From: Bacillota bacterium
GTDB taxonomy: Bacteria > Bacillota_I > Bacilli_A > RFN20 > CAG-826
Reading direction: 5' to 3'
NCBI GenBank assembly: GCA_023393065.1
Contig: JAEWMX010000006.1
Coordinates: 54,378 to 118,377, forward strand
DNA length: 64,000 bases
The stretch's first letter is position 1; every line of letters starts with the position of its first letter. Position numbers and translations under genes: made by a program. This document shows, piece by piece, positions 37,860-46,641 of this stretch. The notes below the pieces were generated by a model, which saw only the letters and a program-made list of their open reading frames with translations, was not told the DNA's origin and made no database searches.

Positions 37860-39146
37860 ATGGAAGTCATCATTGAAAACGCACTACGCATATATCTGTT
37901 ACTTTGTTTGTTACTCCTCATATTGTATATTCCGCGAATCGCTTATTATTTTGCGGCCTTTCGCAAACAGCCCAAATTGATTAACGATAAGAAGAATCGC
38001 CTCGCTGTCTTGGTTCCGGCTAAAAATGAGAGTAAATCCATTCAAGCTCTGTTTGATTCTATAAATAAGCAATCATACGACCGCGATTTTTTTGATGTCC
38101 ATGTCATCGTTGAGGATTTGCGAGATCCGACGGTGGCGATGGCCAGAGCGGCAGTTGATGCGACGGTTCACATCGTTCCCGATCAAACCCGTAAAGGCGA
38201 AGCACTCGATGGCGCGTTGAAAAAGATTCTAAAAGACAGCCCCGATAAATATGATGCTTTTGTTATCATCGATGCCGATAACCTCGCTCACGAAGACTTT
38301 CTTCTTGAGATGAACAATTCCTTAGCTAGCGACCGCCAGATCATCGTCGGCAAGAAGCGCATTAAGAACTGGGAATCCGTCAATCGTCGCGATCGTTCTT
38401 TAGTGAGTAATTGCACATCTCTCGTCTATTCGATGGTTGACGATTTAGGCAATCGCCATCGCACCAATCGCCACATTCCCGTCAGCATGTGCGGAACGGG
38501 CATGATGGTGCGCGCGGATGTGATTAAACAATTGGGAGGCTGGCCTTATCGCACGCTGACCGAAGACTACGAAGTGATGATGGATTGCCTGCTCCGCGGC
38601 TTTACATCAATGTACTATATGCATGCCATCGTCTACACCGAAGAAGCCGTCGAGCATCGCACCTCATTTAAGCGTCGCATGCGGTGGTTGACCGGTTACA
38701 CGCAGTGCAATAAAAAATACCGCAAAGCAGTCGTTAAAAAAACGTTTGGTGAAGGCAAGATCGTCTGGAAGAATTTTGACTTTCTCTACTCGCTTATTCC
38801 GGTTTATATCTTCGCGGCGGCCAGCTTGATTCTCGGCATCGTCTGCCTATTGGCGGCCGGAGCCTATGCTATTTTCTTTCAACCTTTATGGTGGCCGATT
38901 CTCCGCGTCGCCCTCATCGCCCTCGGCTTGGTGTATGGCGTCTTATCGCTATTTACGATTCTGACTCTCATCGTCGATCGCAAAAATATCAAGATGAGCG
39001 CTTTTGAAGTCATCTCGGTCATAATTTTTAATCCCCTCATCCTCGCTGAATTCATCTGGATTTTTATTCGTATTTTTACCGCGACTAACAATCTCGAATG
39101 GGATAATGTCGAACGCATTGCCTACACCCCTAAAAAGGATAAATAG
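37860..39146 (+). CDS. family 2 glycosyltransferase (membrane-associated, processive type)
   Basis: 428 aa. LAVLVPAKNES, the DxD-like IIDADN, and C-terminal TM helices. Confidence 0.8.
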   Translation: MEVIIENALRIYLLLCLLLLILYIPRIAYYFAAFRKQPKLINDKKNRLAVLVPAKNESKSIQALFDSINKQSYDRDFFDVHVIVEDLRDPTVAMARAAVDATVHIVPDQTRKGEALDGALKKILKDSPDKYDAFVIIDADNLAHEDFLLEMNNSLASDRQIIVGKKRIKNWESVNRRDRSLVSNCTSLVYSMVDDLGNRHRTNRHIPVSMCGTGMMVRADVIKQLGGWPYRTLTEDYEVMMDCLLRGFTSMYYMHAIVYTEEAVEHRTSFKRRMRWLTGYTQCNKKYRKAVVKKTFGEGKIVWKNFDFLYSLIPVYIFAAASLILGIVCLLAAGAYAIFFQPLWWPILRVALIALGLVYGVLSLFTILTLIVDRKNIKMSAFEVISVIIFNPLILAEFIWIFIRIFTATNNLEWDNVERIAYTPKKDK

Positions 39147-39148
39147 AC

Positions 39149-39994
39149 ATGGGTCTTCCAAAGGAAGAATTATTGCAAAGAATTCGCGAAGCCGAAGCGA
39201 GAGGCGATTTTCATTTTACGGCTGAACCCATCGATCCCGACAGCTTTGATCACGTCGACGAAAAATATGAGCATCTATGCACTGGCTTTTTCGAGTGCCT
39301 ATTTCACCTCTTTATGCGATTTATCGCCATGCTTGCCGGCGTTTTTATCAATGGTTTGGCTTTTGGCATGAAAGTAAAAGGACGGAAAAACCTTCGCCGA
39401 GTTAAGTCGGCTATCATCACCTGCAATCACGTTAATAACTTTGATAACCTTATGGTGCGAAACGCCCTTTTTGGTCATCGCCTCTATATTGTCGTCGGCG
39501 AATTCAATAACAAAAAAGGCTTTTTTGGCAAGTGTTTAAAAGCCGGTGGCACTCTCCCTTTAAGCGCTAATCTCAGAGCGATGGTCAATCTTCGCAAGGC
39601 GATTGAAAGATTGCTCAAAAAGCGCAACTATGTCCTATTTTATCCCGAGGAATCAGAGTGGTGGATGTATGAAAAACCCCGTCCCTTTCGCAACGGTGCC
39701 TTTCATTTCGCCGCGACGGCAAACGTGCCGATCATTCCAATCTTTTTAACCTTCTCTGATCCGAAAGGACTGCGCGCAAAAATCGTTAAGAGTAAAGTCG
39801 TCACCGTCCACATCATGCCCCCTATCTACCCGCAAGAACATCTGAGCGTCAAAGACAATGTCGATTATATGAGGGACGCCAACTACCAATTGTGCGTCAA
39901 TAAATACGAAGAATTCTACCAGAAAACCTTAGTTTATGACATCGTCGATTCTCGCGACGAAAATAGCGAAGACCAAGCCTCTGCCCGAGGATAA
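39149..39994 (+). CDS. lysophospholipid (1-acyl-glycerol-3-phosphate-type) acyltransferase
   Basis: 281 aa. HX4D motif CNHVNNFDNL and FYPEES(E) acceptor-binding motif. Confidence 0.75.
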   Translation: MGLPKEELLQRIREAEARGDFHFTAEPIDPDSFDHVDEKYEHLCTGFFECLFHLFMRFIAMLAGVFINGLAFGMKVKGRKNLRRVKSAIITCNHVNNFDNLMVRNALFGHRLYIVVGEFNNKKGFFGKCLKAGGTLPLSANLRAMVNLRKAIERLLKKRNYVLFYPEESEWWMYEKPRPFRNGAFHFAATANVPIIPIFLTFSDPKGLRAKIVKSKVVTVHIMPPIYPQEHLSVKDNVDYMRDANYQLCVNKYEEFYQKTLVYDIVDSRDENSEDQASARG

Positions 39995-40008
39995 AATGTT
40001 ATAATAAC

Positions 40009-40728
40009 GTGGTGAAAATTACGATGTCGGATAAAACCGCGACCATTATCAAAGTATTAGCTTTCGTCATCGTTTTCGGTACGTTACTTGGCCTCTTTAT
40101 CGCCTATTTTGACTTTTTCTATTCCCTTCTAAATGTCGCCAATAGACAAGCCCTTCGCGATTCGATGTTAGACATGGGGCTATGGGGCTATGGCCTAGCC
40201 TTTTTGATTCAATTCGCCCAAGTTGTCATCTCCTTTTTGCCGGGCGAGGTTGTTGAACTCTTTCTTGGTATGGCCTACGGTCCATTTATCGGTTTGATCA
40301 TCGCCATCGTCGGAGTGCTGACCGGCACGACGGTCGCCTATTATCTTGCGAAGTGGGTGGGCATACCCTTTGTTAAGTTATTTATTAAAAAGAACTACTT
40401 CGCGAAATACGCTTTTTTACAAGATGAGAAGAAAGTCGCTCTCGGCGTTTTTATCGTCTATTTGATCGTTGGTCTTCCGGTCGATACCGCCACCTATCTG
40501 GCGCCGAGCCTAAAAATCAAATTTTGGAAATTTCTTCTTCTTTCAACACTCGCCCGCATTCCTAAAATCATCTCCTCGACCATCGTTGGCCATTATCTGG
40601 TGGAAGATAATATCTGGGTATCCGCCAGCGTCTTTTTTGGGACCGCGCTATTAAGCCTGATCGCCGTGCTAATTTTTCACCTCGTCAATAAACATAAGCA
40701 ACAAAAAGCATCGAATAACAAAGCGTAA
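40009..40728 (+). CDS. TVP38/TMEM64 (DedA/SNARE-associated) family membrane protein
   Basis: 239 aa. LPGEVVELFLGMAYG motif. Start uncertain (GTG 40009 or ATG 40024). Confidence 0.65.
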   Translation: MVKITMSDKTATIIKVLAFVIVFGTLLGLFIAYFDFFYSLLNVANRQALRDSMLDMGLWGYGLAFLIQFAQVVISFLPGEVVELFLGMAYGPFIGLIIAIVGVLTGTTVAYYLAKWVGIPFVKLFIKKNYFAKYAFLQDEKKVALGVFIVYLIVGLPVDTATYLAPSLKIKFWKFLLLSTLARIPKIISSTIVGHYLVEDNIWVSASVFFGTALLSLIAVLIFHLVNKHKQQKASNNKA

Positions 40729-40785
40729 TCATTGTCTCTACTTGAGAAACCAGCTTGCTTTTGGTATGGTATTTGTTGTTGATAT

Positions 40786-40801
40786 CCATCATTAATGATG
40801 G
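40786..40801. promoter_or_regulatory. perfect 16-bp palindrome CCATCATTAATGATGG immediately upstream of the RBS of the first P-loop kinase gene
   Basis: Read directly from the sequence. Operator or RNA hairpin candidate. Confidence 0.3.
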
Positions 40802-40813
40802 CGAGGTAAGATC

Positions 40814-41299
40814 ATGAGTAAATTGATAATCCTATCCGGAATACCCGGATCGGGCAAAACCACATATGCTTTAGGTATTAAAAATATTTTGCCTCGCGTG
40901 GCGATAATTTCAAGTGATGAAGTTCGCAAAGATGTGACCGGAAACGCGTCAGATGGCTCGCAAGAGACACATGTTTGGCAAGAGTTTGAAAAGCGCGTCG
41001 TCGAAGCTAGCGTCGAACATGACATTGTCATCGCCGACTCGACCGCCCTCACTAATCTGTTGCGCATGAAATGGTATCGCGCCTTTCGCGAGGCTTTCGA
41101 AAAAATAGAACTAGTCTATCTCGACTTACCGTTTGCCGTGTGTTGGGAGCGCAACATCGCTCGCGAACGGAAAGTGCCGCTCAATCCGATGGCTGGCATG
41201 TTTAAACTCCTTGAAGAGCCCAATGAAGAAGTTAATAATAGTTTTGATTCGATTATCGTGATTAAAGAAGAAGATAAGGATACATGGAAAAGAAGCTGA
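40814..41299 (+). CDS. small P-loop kinase (AAA_33-like), copy 1
   Basis: 161 aa. Walker A GIPGSGKTTYA. RBS GAGGTAAG upstream. Confidence 0.7.
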   Translation: MSKLIILSGIPGSGKTTYALGIKNILPRVAIISSDEVRKDVTGNASDGSQETHVWQEFEKRVVEASVEHDIVIADSTALTNLLRMKWYRAFREAFEKIELVYLDLPFAVCWERNIARERKVPLNPMAGMFKLLEEPNEEVNNSFDSIIVIKEEDKDTWKRS

Positions 41300-41745
41300 T
41301 TGTTCTCTCAGGAATTCCCGGTTCGGGCAAGAGTACTTACGCCGCGAATTACGCAAGTAAAAACCCTGAGACATTTATCGTCGCAAGCGACGCGATTCGC
41401 CACGAACTTTTCGGACGCGTCGATGATTTCAGCCAAGAAGAAATCGTCTGGGCAAAATTTGAGAACTTGGTGCGTGAAAAAGCCAAGACTCACAAGACGA
41501 TCATCGCTGATTCATCGGCGACTACGAATGTTCGTCGCCTGCGGTGGGCGCAGATTTTTCGCGATCTTTTCGATAAAATCGAACTAGTGTATTTCGATAT
41601 TCCCTTTGACGTTTGCTTGGAGCGAAACGAAAAGCGCCATCTGACGATTCCGTATTCCGACATGGTGGTGATGCGCGACTCATTTGAAAAGCCTTCTCTA
41701 GAAGTCACCTTGGCATACGACGAAATTACTAGAATTAAAGAATGA
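41284..41745 (+). CDS. small P-loop kinase (AAA_33-like), copy 2 (tandem paralog)
   Basis: 153 aa. GIPGSGKSTYA. Aligns along its full length with copy 1 (shared ADS(T/S)A and KIELVY(L/F)D(L/I)PF motifs). Start overlaps the end of copy 1. Confidence 0.7.
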   Translation: MEKKLIVLSGIPGSGKSTYAANYASKNPETFIVASDAIRHELFGRVDDFSQEEIVWAKFENLVREKAKTHKTIIADSSATTNVRRLRWAQIFRDLFDKIELVYFDIPFDVCLERNEKRHLTIPYSDMVVMRDSFEKPSLEVTLAYDEITRIKE

Positions 41746-41760
41746 GGTAGCCCTCATTTT

Positions 41761-43074
41761 TTATAATAAGACGATAAAAAGACCGAATAGAGCGGCTCCC
41801 AAGGCGATGAGCGAAGGAAGGACGCCCAGCTTGAGAAAGCGCAAAAAAGTAAATTTTACTTCATGACTTTTTAATAAACCCATCCACATCATGCCTGCCA
41901 GGGCGCCGATCGGAGTTAAAAAAGCTCCGAGATTGCTGCCGATGATTGAAGCATATACGGCCGGAAGCGCGATTGTGTCAGACGCATACGAAGTCACAGA
42001 CGAGAAGAGGACGCTCATCGGTATATTATTGATGAAGTTCGACATCAAAAACGAGGAGAGGCCGTATTTTAAAATAGGCAGCGAGTCAGAGAAGACAGCT
42101 CCTAGATATTGAGTGACACCATGCTTATCAAGAGCCAAGACGATGACAAACATCGAAATGATAAACGGAATCAAATCCCACGGCAGGCGCCGAAGAGTTG
42201 TTTGTAACTCAGACGGCCGCGCCCTGTTTAGGGCTTTGTAAACGAGTACGACGACAATAAGCGCCAGCGCAAAGACGAGAGTAATCAAATACATTTCCAA
42301 CCCGATATAATTTGATATCGCCAGAAGAATCGTACACCCGCCAAGCGCTATTAAACCAACGATTAGCAGGAATTTATCCTTGATTTGCGCGGATTCTACC
42401 TCTTCGCCAAGGGGCGCCGATAACTTCTTGCGAAAGATTAAAAAGAGGATCCCAAATGAAGCGAATCCGGCTAAGATTGTGGGCAGGTACATGACTTGTA
42501 CATAGTCGATGAAATTAATTCCGTGGCTCGAAGCCAAGTAGATATTAGTCGGATTGCCGATGATAAACATCATGCTCCACGTATTGGCGGCGACAAAGCT
42601 GGCGAACAAATACGGGATGGGATCGATCTTGGCTCGTTTGGCGAAGTAACATATAAACGGCGTAAATGTCAAAATGATGATGTCGTTGCTCGTAAACATC
42701 GTCAAAAAGGACACGAGAGCATAGAGGATGACAAACATCGTGATTTGATTCGTCTTTGCCCTTTTTAATGCGATTGACGCCAGAAAGCGAAAGAGGCCCA
42801 CCTCATCAAGAAATATCGACATCAGCGTCATCGATAAAAAGAGAGCTAGAATCTTTAGAGGATTAATTGGGGTATCGGCGCTTAGACCCGCCAGCACCTC
42901 AGAGAATGCGATGAGGCCGGCCGCCAATAAAACAAGAGCTCCCGCAAGAGGAACAATCCAGTAAGTATTAATACTTAATTTCTTTATTTTTAAATCGGGC
43001 TTAAAGAGAGAAGCGCCAATCATGGTCAAGATTGTAAGAAGCGATAAGGCAATCGTCCATGCCATCATAAGCAC
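41761..43074 (-). CDS. ArsB/NhaD-superfamily anion permease-like membrane transporter
   Basis: 437 aa, ~12 TM helices. Repeated GNPTNI-like motifs typical of this ion transporter superfamily. Confidence 0.65.
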   Translation of the reverse strand: MLMMAWTIALSLLTILTMIGASLFKPDLKIKKLSINTYWIVPLAGALVLLAAGLIAFSEVLAGLSADTPINPLKILALFLSMTLMSIFLDEVGLFRFLASIALKRAKTNQITMFVILYALVSFLTMFTSNDIIILTFTPFICYFAKRAKIDPIPYLFASFVAANTWSMMFIIGNPTNIYLASSHGINFIDYVQVMYLPTILAGFASFGILFLIFRKKLSAPLGEEVESAQIKDKFLLIVGLIALGGCTILLAISNYIGLEMYLITLVFALALIVVVLVYKALNRARPSELQTTLRRLPWDLIPFIISMFVIVLALDKHGVTQYLGAVFSDSLPILKYGLSSFLMSNFINNIPMSVLFSSVTSYASDTIALPAVYASIIGSNLGAFLTPIGALAGMMWMGLLKSHEVKFTFLRFLKLGVLPSLIALGAALFGLFIVLL

Positions 43075-43222
43075 CTTCTTTTTTATACCGATTTCATTCT
43101 CGGTAAGATAAATCTTAATCTTTTTTAAATCTTTTTCAATATCTTTAATACGGATCGGTTTTTACCGCGCAAACATGCTAAAATAAGGGCACATTTCGCC
43201 GCGTCTAATCAAAGAGGAATTT

Positions 43223-44197
43223 ATGGCACTTATCGTATCCGAATCCTGGAAGAAGAAATATCAAATTTCCGAAGAACTAAAAGACTATGCTCGCTTGATT
43301 ACTTTAGGTTCGATAAAAATCACGCCTGCCAAAATAGCCTTGAGCAATACGGGAGCTGCGATTACGACGCGAGCTCCGGTTATCGACTTGCGCGTCAAAG
43401 TGATCAAAAAGCGCATTCGCACTTACGATGGAAAAAGTATTGGCTTAACAATCTATGAGCCGAAAAATATCAAAGAGCAAAAGGCGCCCGCCATCTTATA
43501 TTTACATGGTGGCGGTTTCATGATTCGCGAGGCTAGCCATCATCACAAGGTGAGTCGCGACTACGCGGTTGGGGCTAAGGCCAAACTCGTCTTTGTCCAT
43601 TATCGCCTCGCCCCTCGCTATTCTTTTCCCTATCCGGTCGAAGATTGCTATTCGGGATTGCTGTGGCTCTATCGAAACGCCAGCAGACTCGGCATCGATA
43701 AAAATCGGATTGCAGTTGCCGGCGATAGTGCGGGAGGCGGTCTTTCGGCAGCCCTCACCCACATGAGTCGCGATCGCGGGGGACCCAAAATCTGTTTTCA
43801 AATGTTGATATATCCCGCTCTTGACCATCGCCAGAAAACAACCTCGATCAAAGAGTATTACGACGCGCCTGGATGGAATTCGCTACTTAATAAGCAAATG
43901 TGGAAGATTTACTTGAAGAACGGGCACTTTGGCATGCTCTCATATGCTTCGCCGAGCGTCTCAACATGCTTTGAACAGATACCTCCTGCCTACATCGAGG
44001 TCGGTCAGTACGATTGCCTGCGCGATGAGGGAATCGAATATGCCCAAAAACTTGAGGAGCACGGCATCGAGGCCGAACTCAATTACATCGAAGGCGCCTT
44101 TCACGCCTATGATATTATGCAGAGTAAAAATATTGTGAAAAAAGCGATGGCGAGGCGTATCGCCGCCCTTAACCGCGCTTTGCACGCATCAAAATGA
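43223..44197 (+). CDS. alpha/beta hydrolase fold-3 esterase/lipase (HSL family)
   Basis: 324 aa. Oxyanion motif HGGGF and nucleophile elbow GDSAGG. Confidence 0.8.
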   Translation: MALIVSESWKKKYQISEELKDYARLITLGSIKITPAKIALSNTGAAITTRAPVIDLRVKVIKKRIRTYDGKSIGLTIYEPKNIKEQKAPAILYLHGGGFMIREASHHHKVSRDYAVGAKAKLVFVHYRLAPRYSFPYPVEDCYSGLLWLYRNASRLGIDKNRIAVAGDSAGGGLSAALTHMSRDRGGPKICFQMLIYPALDHRQKTTSIKEYYDAPGWNSLLNKQMWKIYLKNGHFGMLSYASPSVSTCFEQIPPAYIEVGQYDCLRDEGIEYAQKLEEHGIEAELNYIEGAFHAYDIMQSKNIVKKAMARRIAALNRALHASK

Positions 44198-44234
44198 TTT
44201 ACGAAATTACGACAATCACGTATAGTATGAGCAA

Positions 44235-44250
44235 GTCGTGTTAACACGAC
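44235..44250. promoter_or_regulatory. perfect 16-bp palindrome GTCGTGTTAACACGAC upstream of the acyltransferase gene, just downstream of a TATAGT -10-like hexamer
   Basis: Read directly from the sequence. Confidence 0.3.
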
Positions 44251-44264
44251 TAATTATTTAAAAG

Positions 44265-45560
44265 ATGAAGAAGAAAATAAATGGTATTAATCAAGATTGG
44301 TATCGCCTTGATAACGCCGCCAAAATTTATCCGGCTATGGTCAGCCGCCGCAACAGCTGCGTCTTTCGCTTTGCCATCAATCTAAAAGAAGAAGTCGACC
44401 CTTATGTTTTGCAAAGAGCTTTGCTTGATATGAGGAGTCGTTTTCCCGCGATGTTCGTCCGCGTTCGCCACGGCGTCTTTTGGTATTATCTTGAAGAAAA
44501 TAAGAAAATGCCTCGTGTTCGCCCAGAGGATAGCCGCATTAATAAAGCAATTGATTATTATAGTAATAATTATTTTCGCTTCACTGTTTTTTATTACGAA
44601 AACCGCATCAGCCTCGAAGTGTTTCACAGCTTGACCGACGGGACGGGCGCTGTCACCTTTTTGAAAGCCCTCGCCTATCGCTATCTTGAGCTTAAAGGCT
44701 ATCAGCTAAAGAGCGAAGGATTAGTGCTGACGGTCGATCAAGAGCCATCGATTGAAGAGCTCGAAGATAGTTTCTTTAAATATGCGACGATGAATCCGCA
44801 CAAGCGCTATGTCGTCCCCAAACCCTTCAATATAAACGACGAACGCTTTCCAAGCGGTCAGGGGCGAGGCGTCATCAACGCGCGCCTCGATTCGCAAGCC
44901 TTATACGCTTTGGCCAAGGAACACGACGCCACAATCACCGAATATTTATCGGCTCTTTTAACACAAGCCGTCTACCAAGTATACGGTGAAAGAATGATTA
45001 AAAATGATCGCGTCAACATATGTATTCCTATCAATCTCCGCCGTCTTTTTCCATCTGAATCACTGAGAAACTTCACCCTCTTTTTCCACACGACCGTCAA
45101 AGATAAAAAACATATTGAAATCAAAGATATCTTGCCGCAGGTGAAGAAGAGCTTCGCTGAAGGCTTAACCAAAGATAGCATCATCGAAAACATCAATGTC
45201 AACATGCAGGCTGAACGGAATATGGCGATGCGCCTCACCCCGTTATTCCTCAAGAAGCCGGCCATGACGATTGCCGGGACGATGTACGGTGGCAGGCTTA
45301 ACACTTTGACTATGTCAAACATCGGTATTATTCAGCTGCCGCAAAGCATGGCCGAACATGTCCAAGACTTTGAATTCAATCTTTCAAATGACATTAATTG
45401 CGCTTATGGTATCGGCATTATCACATTTAATAACATCATGACCATCAGCATCCTTCGCGAAGTGCGCGACACTTTGCTTCCGATGCAATTCCTGCGCAAT
45501 TTAGTGAGTCTAGGACTCAAAATAGAAGTAGAAAGTAATTATTGGGAGGAGGTTGCCTAA
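44265..45560 (+). CDS. HxxxD-motif acyltransferase (condensation-domain / WS-DGAT-like fold)
   Basis: 431 aa. FHSLTDGTG matches the HxxxDG catalytic motif of CAT/condensation/wax-ester-synthase-type acyltransferases. Confidence 0.55.
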   Translation: MKKKINGINQDWYRLDNAAKIYPAMVSRRNSCVFRFAINLKEEVDPYVLQRALLDMRSRFPAMFVRVRHGVFWYYLEENKKMPRVRPEDSRINKAIDYYSNNYFRFTVFYYENRISLEVFHSLTDGTGAVTFLKALAYRYLELKGYQLKSEGLVLTVDQEPSIEELEDSFFKYATMNPHKRYVVPKPFNINDERFPSGQGRGVINARLDSQALYALAKEHDATITEYLSALLTQAVYQVYGERMIKNDRVNICIPINLRRLFPSESLRNFTLFFHTTVKDKKHIEIKDILPQVKKSFAEGLTKDSIIENINVNMQAERNMAMRLTPLFLKKPAMTIAGTMYGGRLNTLTMSNIGIIQLPQSMAEHVQDFEFNLSNDINCAYGIGIITFNNIMTISILREVRDTLLPMQFLRNLVSLGLKIEVESNYWEEVA

Positions 45561-45561
45561 C

Positions 45562-46293
45562 ATGGATTATTGTCCATCTTGTAAAGTTCATGTCGTTTCA
45601 AGAGGCGAAAAGTGCCCTCTTTGCCAAGGTGAGCTCGAGCGCGGAGAAGTCGCCGCCGCCAAAAAGCCTTTCCCTTCATACATTAAGTTTATTAACTTGC
45701 GCAAAAGGTGGGCTCGCGGCATTTCGATTGCCGCGCCGGTCATCATCGGCCTCTGCGTATTGATAAACCTTTTGACGTGGAACGGATTTTTATGGTCGCT
45801 AATTGCCGGAGTGGCAATATTATACGCTTGGCTCGTCGGCCTTTATACGGTGCGTAGAACTGACCATCTCGGCCAAAAATTACTCCTGCACGCTATCGGC
45901 ATCTCGACTCTTTTAATCGTCATCAATTTTGTGACCGCTTCGCCATCGATGACTTCCTCGCTCTTTCTTAAAAACTTTTCCGAAATCGCCAGGTGGTCGC
46001 TCGATTATGCGATGCCGGCGACTTTGATGGCCTTCATCTTGGCGATTAATATCGCCACACTTTCGCAAAGGCATCGCTTTCGCGACTATATCATCGCTCA
46101 GTTTTCCCTTTCATTTATTGGCTTTATCCCTTTCGTTTTGATTATGATTGATGTCTTTTCGGGCATTGATATCTTAGGCTCTTTATTCATGTCGATTGCG
46201 GCCTCGTCCTTTTCTTTACTAACGCTTATCGTCTTCATCGTTTTCGCTCCGAAGCTCGTCTTAAAGGAATTTGGAAGAAGATTCCATATCTAG
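45562..46293 (+). CDS. membrane protein with N-terminal Cys4 zinc ribbon
   Basis: ATG 45562 is 9 nt after GGGAGGAGG. CPSCK...CPLCQ, then ~6 TM helices. Confidence 0.55.
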   Translation: MDYCPSCKVHVVSRGEKCPLCQGELERGEVAAAKKPFPSYIKFINLRKRWARGISIAAPVIIGLCVLINLLTWNGFLWSLIAGVAILYAWLVGLYTVRRTDHLGQKLLLHAIGISTLLIVINFVTASPSMTSSLFLKNFSEIARWSLDYAMPATLMAFILAINIATLSQRHRFRDYIIAQFSLSFIGFIPFVLIMIDVFSGIDILGSLFMSIAASSFSLLTLIVFIVFAPKLVLKEFGRRFHI

Positions 46294-46305
46294 TAAAATA
46301 GAAAT

Positions 46306-46641
46306 ATGAAATACCATCATCCCGAAACCGCACTGGTGACGATCATCGGCCCCGATCAGACGACTTGGATTGGCAATATCAAAGTCGAAATATTTTTCGA
46401 AGGCGAGCTCGTCGGCGTCATCAAGGGTCAAAAATCCGTTCAGTTCGAAATTAATGAAGATAGCCGTTTTGTGGTTCGCACGGCTAATGAAGATCTTCCG
46501 AGATCAGAAGTGACGGTCGCCGGCTTGTTGCGCTGCCCGACAACCATTAAATTGTTTTTGATTGGCGGCGCGATAGATAGCGCCAAGTTAGTTGCCAAAA
46601 CAACATACGGAGAAAACTATTCCAGCAGGAGAAATAAATGA
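46306..46641 (+). CDS. hypothetical protein, 111 aa
   Basis: No recognisable domain. Translationally coupled to the downstream nucleotidase gene (the ORF end overlaps its start). Confidence 0.4.
   Translation: MKYHHPETALVTIIGPDQTTWIGNIKVEIFFEGELVGVIKGQKSVQFEINEDSRFVVRTANEDLPRSEVTVAGLLRCPTTIKLFLIGGAIDSAKLVAKTTYGENYSSRRNK

Noticed and set aside
43075-43222. AT-rich region with reiterated ATCTTT(T) motifs upstream of the ArsB/NhaD-like transporter and esterase genes.
   Set aside because: It looks like ordinary AT-rich divergent promoter DNA (UP-element-like A/T tracts) rather than a defined repeat element. No unit of 12 nt or more is exactly repeated.
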